From Candidatus Arthromitus sp. SFB-rat-Yit (GTDB taxonomy: Bacteria; Bacillota; Clostridia; Clostridiales; Clostridiaceae), in contig NC_016012.1 of the NCBI RefSeq assembly GCF_000283555.1, positions 270,001-302,000 of the forward strand: a stretch of DNA of 32,000 nucleotides, written 5' to 3'. Positions 19,835 to 26,494 of the stretch are shown one piece after another. The position numbers and the translations under genes were made by a program. The notes under the pieces were generated by a model that saw only the letters and a program-made list of their open reading frames with translations, was not told the DNA's origin and did not search any database. Position 1 is the first letter of the stretch. Every line of letters starts with the position of its first letter.

Positions 19835-19850
19835 TTAGTTCTTGTTTTTT
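19814..19850. terminator. Bidirectional terminator embedded in the 3' coding ends of zur and znuB
   Basis: A7-ACAAGAACTA-TTAAT-TAGTTCTTGT-T5 forms a 10-bp perfect stem (19821-19830 / 19836-19845). The zur stop is at 19832-19834. The znuB stop complement is at 19835-19837. Confidence 0.7.
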
Positions 19851-20626
19851 GTAATTATAAGGCAAATTATTAGAATTATTATTGATGTAAGGGCTATTGT
19901 ACCACCTGGAGCTGTATTTAAATGATAAGATAAAAAAAGCCCTAAAAGAATGCATATTATTCCTAGAATAATTGAAATTAACACCGTTTGGGAAAATCCT
20001 TTTTTAAATCTAAATGATGCGGCAACAGGTATAATCATAATTGATGATACAACAAGAAGACCGATAACTTTTATAGACGCAGATATTGTTAAACTTAGTA
20101 ATACCGAAAATAATACATTGTAAAATGACGTATTGAATTTAGATACTTTATAGAAATCTTCATCTAATATCATTAATACAAATTTTTTATAATTAAGTAT
20201 TAATGTTATTAATACGATCAAGCTTGTACATATTATAAATATTAAATCGTTTCTATTTAATGTAAGGATGCTCCCAAATATTATACTTTCTATATTTATT
20301 TTGACAAGACTACTACTTGATATAATTATAGCTATACCTAAACTTAAGGTTAGAAGTATGGAAAGGGATATTTCTGAGAAATTTTTATAATATTTTCTTA
20401 AATATTCAATTAAAATAGCACAAGCTATAGTATATACAATTGATACAAGTAAGGAATTTATTCCTAGTACGTATGATAGTGCAACACCAGCAAAAGAAGC
20501 ATGAGATAGAGTATCACTTATGTATGAATATCTTTTGAGGACTATAAAATTTCCTATGAATGGACATATTATAGATACAAAAAAACCAGCTATAAACGCA
20601 TTGCGTATAAATTCATATTTAAACAC
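19835..20626 (-). CDS. znuB: Metal (zinc-type) ABC transporter permease
   Basis: 263 aa with 8-9 hydrophobic segments. The ZnuB/MntB-like motifs DTLSHASFAGVAL and GGTIAL are present. GTG start. It overlaps the upstream ATPase gene by 8 nt. Confidence 0.85.
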   Translation of the reverse strand: MFKYEFIRNAFIAGFFVSIICPFIGNFIVLKRYSYISDTLSHASFAGVALSYVLGINSLLVSIVYTIACAILIEYLRKYYKNFSEISLSILLTLSLGIAIIISSSSLVKINIESIIFGSILTLNRNDLIFIICTSLIVLITLILNYKKFVLMILDEDFYKVSKFNTSFYNVLFSVLLSLTISASIKVIGLLVVSSIMIIPVAASFRFKKGFSQTVLISIILGIICILLGLFLSYHLNTAPGGTIALTSIIILIICLIITKNKN

Positions 20627-21287
20627 GATATATCGAACCTTCTTTAATTAAAAATACTTTATTGGCGTAATTATTTGAAAAATCCTTATTATGTTCAATA
20701 ACAACAATTGTTATATTGTTACATATATTCAATTCCTTTAAATCGTCATATATTGTATATTTACTGCATTCATCTAAGTTGTTTGTAGGTTCATCTACCA
20801 TTAATAAATCTGTTTTTTTAAGAAGTGACCTTATAAGCATTAATTTTTGTAATTGCCCTCCTGACAGTTTTCCAATTAAAGAATTTATATTATCTATTAA
20901 ATCATATTTTTCACATAAATAAAGGGCGTTAGAAAATGGTGTATTTAATTCTTTAGTATTATATTTTAAAAATTCTTTAACAGTTATTGGGAAATCCTTA
21001 TTAAAGTTGAATATTTGGGGGATATAGGAAATGTTTTTAGTTCCTATAGATATATTCAAATTTTTGCTTTTTATTAGGTTTAGCATGAGTTTAAGAAGAG
21101 TGCTCTTTCCGCATCCATTTTTTCCAACTATGCACACAAAATCCCCTTTATTTATAGATAGGTTTGCGTTTTTAAAAATATAGTTTGAGTTATCATAACT
21201 AAAAGTTAAGTTTTCAATATTTATAATTCGATTTGAAGAATTATTTTTTTCGAGAATAAAATTATCCGTATTAGCAATGTTTAACAT
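20619..21287 (-). CDS. znuC: Metal (zinc-type) ABC transporter ATP-binding protein
   Basis: Walker A GKNGCGKST, signature LSGGQLQK, Walker B LLMVDEPTNNLD. I prefer the ATG at 21287 (GAGG plus a 6-nt spacer) over the track's GTG at 21314, which would overlap the divergent promoter. Confidence 0.88.
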   Translation of the reverse strand: MLNIANTDNFILEKNNSSNRIINIENLTFSYDNSNYIFKNANLSINKGDFVCIVGKNGCGKSTLLKLMLNLIKSKNLNISIGTKNISYIPQIFNFNKDFPITVKEFLKYNTKELNTPFSNALYLCEKYDLIDNINSLIGKLSGGQLQKLMLIRSLLKKTDLLMVDEPTNNLDECSKYTIYDDLKELNICNNITIVVIEHNKDFSNNYANKVFLIKEGSIYRV

Positions 21288-21307
21288 AAAAAACCTCATT
21301 CGTATTG

Positions 21308-21336
21308 TTGACACTTAATACTTTTATATGTATTAT
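21308..21336 (+). promoter_or_regulatory. Candidate sigma-A promoter for znuA (TTGACA-17 nt-TATTAT)
   Basis: TTGACA at 21308-21313, an exact 17-nt spacer, and TATTAT at 21331-21336. It lies ~60 nt upstream of the znuA ATG. Confidence 0.5.
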
Positions 21337-21397
21337 AAACTTGATGCGATTCATTTGCAATAAAAATATATGAAAATTATAAGGGGTTAATTGTTAT

Positions 21398-22288
21398 ATG
21401 AGTAAGATGAGAAATATTATTTTAGGACTTGTTGCTTTATTATTTATGTCTTGTACAAGCCAGGCTAAAAAGGAAGGAATAAATGTTGTTACAGTTTTAA
21501 ATCCAAATTATAATCTTCTTAAGTACATAGCTCAAGATAAGGTAGGAGTATATAATATTACACCAAGTGGTGATTCTCATAATTTTGAATTTACTCCTCA
21601 AGATATTAAAAATATTCAAGATTCAGATGTTGTTTTTTATAATGGTTTAGGAATTGATGATAAAGTTTTAGATGTAGTTGATAATAAAGATAAATTTGTA
21701 CAAACAACTAAAAATTCAAATTTAATAAGTTTAGAGGATGATCACATTCATGAAGATGATCATCATCATGAAGATTCACATAGTAATGGAGCATATGATC
21801 CACATGTATGGCTAAGTATTAATGAATACAAAACAATGGGTAAAGTTGTGCTTGATGAACTTATTACTATTGATCCTAATAATAAAGATTTCTACACTAA
21901 TAATTTTAATGAATTTAGTAAAAGAATTGATAAGATATATAATTCATACATAAATGATTTTGAATCTATAGTGAATAAGGAATTTGTGAGTAATCATGCA
22001 TCTTATGGTTATTTGGCAAGAGATTTTGGTTTGGTAAATAGTAGTTTACATGATGTAAATAATCATGGAGAGGTAAATCCTAAGAATTTACAAAGTATAG
22101 TTGATATAATTAGACAGAAAAATATAAAGCTTATTATTGGGGACAAGTATGAAACTAATAAAGAACTTGAAACCATATCAAATGAAACAAATATTACATA
22201 TAAAGTTGTTAATAATTTAGAAAATCAGGGAGATTATTTTACTGAATATGAAGAACTGCTAAGTTCAATTTATGATGGATTAAGGTAA
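21398..22288 (+). CDS. znuA: Zinc ABC transporter substrate-binding lipoprotein with a His/Asp-rich loop
   Basis: Lipobox LFMSC. Cluster A-I SBP pattern (DPHVWLS, NHASYGYL). The His-rich insert is EDDHIHEDDHHHEDSHSNG. Confidence 0.88.
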   Translation: MSKMRNIILGLVALLFMSCTSQAKKEGINVVTVLNPNYNLLKYIAQDKVGVYNITPSGDSHNFEFTPQDIKNIQDSDVVFYNGLGIDDKVLDVVDNKDKFVQTTKNSNLISLEDDHIHEDDHHHEDSHSNGAYDPHVWLSINEYKTMGKVVLDELITIDPNNKDFYTNNFNEFSKRIDKIYNSYINDFESIVNKEFVSNHASYGYLARDFGLVNSSLHDVNNHGEVNPKNLQSIVDIIRQKNIKLIIGDKYETNKELETISNETNITYKVVNNLENQGDYFTEYEELLSSIYDGLR

Positions 22289-22300
22289 AAGGGAGTATTT

Positions 22301-22669
22301 ATGGAGTTTAATAGTATATTACTTATAGATAAAGGAAGCAAGAATTTATTTGATGAAGAATTCAGAATTAATATAGAAAATTGTTTCGATAATATAATAG
22401 AGTTTTACCGAGAAAATAATAAGATATTTTTAGTTTTAGAATTAAAAGAAGATTATAGTGATTATGAATTTGATAATATAATATCCAAATTTCCATATGA
22501 AGAATTTGAAAATATAGGTGTGATTTCATATCCAAAAGATGAAGAATATTATCCTACATTTATAATGGAAATGGATAATGATGTTAGGGAGATTATACAG
22601 AATAAAATTGACGATTTGATAGATTTATTTATGGAGAAAATTGTTAAAGTTTATTGTAATAAGATATAA
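22301..22669 (+). CDS. Small, strongly acidic cytoplasmic protein of unknown function, co-transcribed with znuA
   Basis: 122 aa. By my count 29 Asp+Glu versus 13 Lys+Arg. No signal peptide and no His/Cys cluster. RBS AGGGAG. It starts 12 nt after the znuA stop and a terminator follows. Confidence 0.6.
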   Translation: MEFNSILLIDKGSKNLFDEEFRINIENCFDNIIEFYRENNKIFLVLELKEDYSDYEFDNIISKFPYEEFENIGVISYPKDEEYYPTFIMEMDNDVREIIQNKIDDLIDLFMEKIVKVYCNKI

Positions 22670-22693
22670 TTTAGTATAAAATAAACTATTATG

Positions 22694-22745
22694 ACTACCT
22701 ATAACCTGATATTAATTAACTTTAGGTTATAGGTAGTTTATTTTA
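22694..22745 (+). terminator. Rho-independent terminator after the znuA operon
   Basis: Perfect 14-bp stem ACTACCTATAACCT / AGGTTATAGGTAGT (22694-22707 / 22724-22737) with a 16-nt loop and a T-rich tail. An alternative outer pairing is AAAATAAACT / AGTTTATTTT. Confidence 0.8.
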
Positions 22746-22755
22746 GGTGATTATT

Positions 22756-23751
22756 ATGAAAAAAGTTCGAAATATAAAAAATATTTTAATATCTTATTTT
22801 GAAAAGGAGATTAATTTAAATAAATTAATATTACCTTTCGAGGAGCATAATAAGGAAATTAATATTTATATAAAAGAGATAAATGATTATATATTATGTA
22901 TAAATTTCACATCATTAACTTCTTATATAAATGAAAATAGATATATAGATAGTTATTTTGGATCTAGAGGGATTAAGTGTAACATAATAAATATATTTGT
23001 AGTTGACGATTTAGAAAATGTTAAGAATACATATTTTCAGAGCGAGCTCTATGAAGAAGCGATTTTTATTAATCAAAAATCTGGAGAAATAGAGTGTTTT
23101 AATGTTCATAGTGTAGGTTTTTTAAATATTATAAAAAATGTAGTTGAAAAATCATATACTAGATTTTTTTCTAGGGGAAAGAATAATCATTTAACTATGT
23201 TTATTATTTTGATTAGTATTATAATTTACTTTATTATAGGTAATATTAATGGGAATATTGTTTCAATTCGTGATGAGGTATTACTTTGGGCAGGAGGTAA
23301 GATAGATCCGTATATACGTGATGGAGAATATATGAGGATATTTATATCGCCATTTTTACATAAAAATTTTTTGCAGTTATTAGTTGGAGTTATAACGTTG
23401 TTTTTTGCAGGGAGTATAGTTGAAAAAAATATTAGTAAGGTTAATTATATAATTCTTATAATATGTGGAATATTTTTTGGTAATTTTTCAAGTTATTTAT
23501 TAAACTTTTCTAAAGTATTTGGAGTTGGATTATATGTAATAAATTATTGTTTGATAGGTGCATTATTTATTTTAGCTTTTAAATATAAATCAAGAGTAAA
23601 TAGGTTGTTTTTTGTATTTATATTTTCATTTATAGTACTTAATCTTTTAAATAGTGTATTTCTAAGTAACAATATAGATAATATTGGAAGTTTAGCTTCA
23701 TTTATAGTTGGTTTGGTGTTTATGAAAGGAATTGACTTGATTAATAGATAA
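22756..23751 (+). CDS. Rhomboid-fold membrane protein with a ~150-aa N-terminal cytoplasmic domain; the catalytic Ser and His are apparently absent
   Basis: It is colinear with B. subtilis GluP/YqgP core motifs: EYMRIFISPFLH (cf. EWWRLLTPIVLH), GSIVEK (cf. GTAVER), FGVGLYVINYCLIGAL (cf. AGASGAIFGCLGAL), NNIDNIGSLASFIVG (cf. SNIDNSGHIGGLIGG). The ATG at 22756 follows AGGTGA. Confidence 0.7.
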   Translation: MKKVRNIKNILISYFEKEINLNKLILPFEEHNKEINIYIKEINDYILCINFTSLTSYINENRYIDSYFGSRGIKCNIINIFVVDDLENVKNTYFQSELYEEAIFINQKSGEIECFNVHSVGFLNIIKNVVEKSYTRFFSRGKNNHLTMFIILISIIIYFIIGNINGNIVSIRDEVLLWAGGKIDPYIRDGEYMRIFISPFLHKNFLQLLVGVITLFFAGSIVEKNISKVNYIILIICGIFFGNFSSYLLNFSKVFGVGLYVINYCLIGALFILAFKYKSRVNRLFFVFIFSFIVLNLLNSVFLSNNIDNIGSLASFIVGLVFMKGIDLINR

Positions 23752-23788
23752 TTTACTATAAATAATAAATTCATGGGGAATAAATTGT

Positions 23789-24472
23789 ATGGAAAATGAA
23801 AATTATAATTTAAATATTGATACTATAAAAATAGATAAAGATGATATTGTTAATAATTTAATTAAAAAAAGACCTGTATTTACGAATAACGAAGCATTTC
23901 CTTGGATGATAATAGGAAGTATAGTTATATATATATCGTTTTATATTTTGCTTGTATATGGTAAAAAAAATCTAATTGATGTGGATTTGGGTTCTCTTAA
24001 CTTATTGAATGCATATACAGGGAATGATATTGTTTCAGGTAATTATTTTGGAGCTATAACAAATATTTTTATACATAGGAGTTTATGGGATTTAATAAAT
24101 ACTATATTTATACTAGTATTTTGTGGGTTTTTTATGGAGAGATATATAAAAAGGAGTGTAATAGTTTTTGTATATGTATTATCAATTATATCATTTAATT
24201 TAATATCGATTTTCATGTATTCAAATCAATATTATTTAGGATCATTTACTATAGTTTCTTCTTTAATTGGGATGTGTATATATTTTTGTTATAGATTTAG
24301 AAGATTTATACTTAAAATAGATATATACATATACATATCTTTAATGTTTATAGGGTTTTTTATAAGTTACATGGTAGATTTTTATAGTTTATTACAATTT
24401 TTAGCTTCATATTTAATTGGTGTATTTGTTATGTTTATTTTAGATACTAAGTGTTTAAGGAATAATAAATAA
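23789..24472 (+). CDS. Second rhomboid-fold membrane protein; TM6 His absent and GxSG motif degenerate
   Basis: NYFGAITNIFIHRSLWDLINT (WR..H....N region), GFFMERY, YYLGSFTIVSSLIGM (cf. GASGAIFGLLGA), LQFLASYLIGV (cf. sgHigGLlgG). About 6 TM segments. RBS GGGGA. Confidence 0.65.
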   Translation: MENENYNLNIDTIKIDKDDIVNNLIKKRPVFTNNEAFPWMIIGSIVIYISFYILLVYGKKNLIDVDLGSLNLLNAYTGNDIVSGNYFGAITNIFIHRSLWDLINTIFILVFCGFFMERYIKRSVIVFVYVLSIISFNLISIFMYSNQYYLGSFTIVSSLIGMCIYFCYRFRRFILKIDIYIYISLMFIGFFISYMVDFYSLLQFLASYLIGVFVMFILDTKCLRNNK

Positions 24473-24517
24473 ATATGTGTAACAAATATTAATTAGTTGA
24501 TTTCAGGGAGTGGTATT

Positions 24518-25639
24518 TTGAATTTATTACAAGTTCAGGTTAAGTTAAAACCTGAGAATATCCAATCGTTTATAGATGATTTTTTAAAAGTAGATGGTAT
24601 TAGTATTTCTGATATTAGATTATACGATGGTATGATTTTAATTAATAAAATTAAGTATAAATCATTTGGTACTATTTCTATAGGGCTTAAGTTCCATAGA
24701 ATAGAAGATGGAGTTTTATCAATTGTTATAAAGAAGCTTAAAGCAATAAGTATACCTATTAGTATTTTTACTGTAAATTTCATATTGAAAATGGTTATTA
24801 ATAAGTTAAATATCCAAGGAATTAGTTGTGATGGTAAACAAATAAAGGTAGATCTAAAAAAAGTATTTAAAGAATTTAATTTAAATTTCTTAGAATTAGA
24901 TATAAAAGATATACAAATAACTGAAGAAAGTATTAATATCACATTTGGAAATTTAGATATTAATATGGTAGAACTTATTAATAACAGTAAAAAAGATACA
25001 GTACAAGACTATGTATATGAAATACAAAATGATGAAAAAGATGGAATAAATGTAGAGAGTACTATTACTGAAAATAATAAATTTATGGTGTATAATTTAG
25101 AGAATAAAAAGAATGATGATAAATATAGCGAAAAATTTTATAGTCGAGATGAAACTGGTAGTTGTGATAAAACTGGATTTTTTAGAGATCATAAGGGATA
25201 TTTTTCAGAGTATTCTAGATTTAGAGATAAATTATATGATAGTAAATTTAAACAAACAAATAAGATGCTTTTAGGTAATATTGCATTTATAATACCAGAT
25301 ATAGGTGTATTATGTTATAGATTATTAAGAGATAGAAAAGTAAGAAATGGGGTTAAAATTTTACTTGGATTTACAATAATTTATTTGTTGAGTCCTATAG
25401 ATTTTATAAATAAAAAGTTTAGCTTTTTAGATAAGATAGATGATGGTTTATTACTCGTATTTACTTTAAATAAAATATTTACATCTATTGACAAAGAGAT
25501 ATTAAGTTATCATTTTGATGGGGATAACGATACGCTTGATTTCTTGATAGATTCATTTGAATTGTTAAATTCAATGTTAGGTATGAATAATATAGATAGA
25601 TTGTATAATGTATTTGAAAAATTTGTTAGATTTAAATAA
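24518..25639 (+). CDS. Two-part protein: unknown N-terminal beta-rich domain plus a C-terminal DUF1232 (YkvA-like) membrane domain
   Basis: The C-terminus has KVRNGVKILLGFTIIYLLSPIDFINKKFSFLDKIDDGLLLVF, which fits the DUF1232 pattern (K..l...lYllsPiD.i......lg.iDD..ll). The start is uncertain: TTG at 24518 (7 nt after AGGGAG) or TTG at 24497 as in the track. Confidence 0.65.
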   Translation: MNLLQVQVKLKPENIQSFIDDFLKVDGISISDIRLYDGMILINKIKYKSFGTISIGLKFHRIEDGVLSIVIKKLKAISIPISIFTVNFILKMVINKLNIQGISCDGKQIKVDLKKVFKEFNLNFLELDIKDIQITEESINITFGNLDINMVELINNSKKDTVQDYVYEIQNDEKDGINVESTITENNKFMVYNLENKKNDDKYSEKFYSRDETGSCDKTGFFRDHKGYFSEYSRFRDKLYDSKFKQTNKMLLGNIAFIIPDIGVLCYRLLRDRKVRNGVKILLGFTIIYLLSPIDFINKKFSFLDKIDDGLLLVFTLNKIFTSIDKEILSYHFDGDNDTLDFLIDSFELLNSMLGMNNIDRLYNVFEKFVRFK

Positions 25640-25710
25640 TGAATAAAAAATATAATTAAACAGATAATATGCTTATGAGAAAATATATAGCTTATTATTG
25701 GGGGTTTATT

Positions 25711-25902
25711 ATGAAAGGTGTTATTTTAGGTACTACGGCTGGTGCTTTGATTGGTGCTATAGTTTTTTCTGCTGATTCGAGATCTAGTAAAAGATTTAAG
25801 AATAAAATTTTTAAAAATGCAAATAAATTTATTAAAATGGGTATGAAAACTAAATTTCATATAATGAGGAAAATGGCAAGAATTATATATAAATTTGCTT
25901 AA
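25711..25902 (+). CDS. Small YtxH-like membrane-anchored basic protein (63 aa)
   Basis: MKGVILGTTAGALIGAIVFSADSRSSKRF resembles the YtxH N-terminal Gly-zipper helix. It is followed by a Lys/Arg-rich amphipathic tail. The ATG at 25711 follows GGGGG. The track's longer start lacks an RBS. Confidence 0.55.
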   Translation: MKGVILGTTAGALIGAIVFSADSRSSKRFKNKIFKNANKFIKMGMKTKFHIMRKMARIIYKFA

Positions 25903-25903
25903 A

Positions 25904-25931
25904 GGCTCCTTTTTAAGGAGTCTTTTTATTT
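25904..25931 (+). terminator. Rho-independent terminator closing the rhomboid-like/DUF1232/YtxH-like unit
   Basis: Stem GGCTCCTT / AAGGAGTC (one G-U pair) with a 3-nt loop, followed by TTTTTATTTTT. Confidence 0.8.
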
Positions 25932-25946
25932 TTAAATTATCTATGA

Positions 25947-25980
25947 TAAAAAATAAGAGATATGGAATTCCATATCTCTT
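25947..25980 (-). terminator. Rho-independent terminator of the SASP gene (minus strand)
   Basis: A 26-nt perfect palindrome AAGAGATATGGAATTCCATATCTCTT (25955-25980). On the minus strand it is followed by a U-run (plus-strand A-run at 25948-25953). Confidence 0.8.
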
Positions 25981-25991
25981 AATGATACTAA

Positions 25992-26171
25992 TTATTTTAA
26001 TCCATTTTCATATTGTTCAACCATTCTTTTTACCATTTCTCCACCAACAGATCCACATTGTTTAGAAGTTAAATTACCATTATAATCAGTGAAGGGTACA
26101 CCCATTTCGTTAGCAACTTGGCTTTTAAATTGTTCTAATCCATTTTTAGCATCTGGTACTAATTTACCCAT
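25992..26171 (-). CDS. Alpha/beta-type small acid-soluble spore protein (59 aa); not in the supplied ORF track
   Basis: My own translation is MGKLVPDAKNGLEQFKSQVANEMGVPFTDYNGNLTSKQCGSVGGEMVKRMVEQYENGLK. It carries both conserved SASP blocks (K.E.A.E.GV and TS.Q.G.VGGEMVKRMVE). RBS GGGAGG, 9 nt upstream. Confidence 0.93.
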   Translation of the reverse strand: MGKLVPDAKNGLEQFKSQVANEMGVPFTDYNGNLTSKQCGSVGGEMVKRMVEQYENGLK

Positions 26172-26413
26172 ATTTTTAATCCTCCCTAAAATTAAAAATT
26201 TATTTAATATCTTATTAACAATTCATTAATAAGACAATATTAGTATTAACTTATATTTTGAATATAATCGTGAAATATAATGGTAGTTATACATAGATTA
26301 TCCATATAATTTAAAGATTTATAAATTATTTGATAAATATATTTTTTAAAAATAAAAAGGGGAATGCATAAAAATCAGTAAAAATAATAGAGGTAGATAT
26401 AATTAATAAAATA

Positions 26414-26422
26414 TGATATAAT
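26414..26422 (+). promoter_or_regulatory. Candidate extended -10 element (TGaTATAAT) upstream of the M23 peptidase gene
   Basis: TGATATAAT is read at 26414-26422, ~73 nt upstream of the start codon. Confidence 0.35.
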
Positions 26423-26494
26423 TTTTAATAAGCATTAAAGAAAGTAATAAGACCGAGTGTTTTATTATTGTTGTTTGTATTTTAGGAGGATAGT

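Noticed and set aside
21288-21397. I looked for a Zur/Fur operator in the znuC/znuA divergent region (TCGTATTGTTGACAC; TGCGATTCATTTGCA).
   Set aside because: These are only weak, non-palindromic matches to the TCGTAATNATTACGA-type consensus. I did not annotate them as features. They are mentioned in the findings as an open question.
10516-24942. Antisense or overlapping ORFs in the track: 10516..10725(-), 14948..15211(-), 15850..16038(-), 17840..18088(-), 18355..18552(-), 18461..18805(-), 19595..19780(-), 19764..19955(-), 20716..20922(+), 23544..23774(-), 24535..24942(-).
   Set aside because: Each lies opposite a well-supported family-assignable gene. None has an RBS, and all have low-complexity Ile/Leu/Phe/Ser/Asn-rich translations, as expected from reading AT-rich coding DNA in reverse.
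26172-26300. I searched for a sigma-G/sigma-F forespore promoter upstream of the SASP gene. The best candidate is an AATACTA -10-like element preceded by GATTA.
   Set aside because: It does not satisfy the GHATR-17/18-CATNNTA pattern and would imply an unusually long leader. I cannot support a call by eye.
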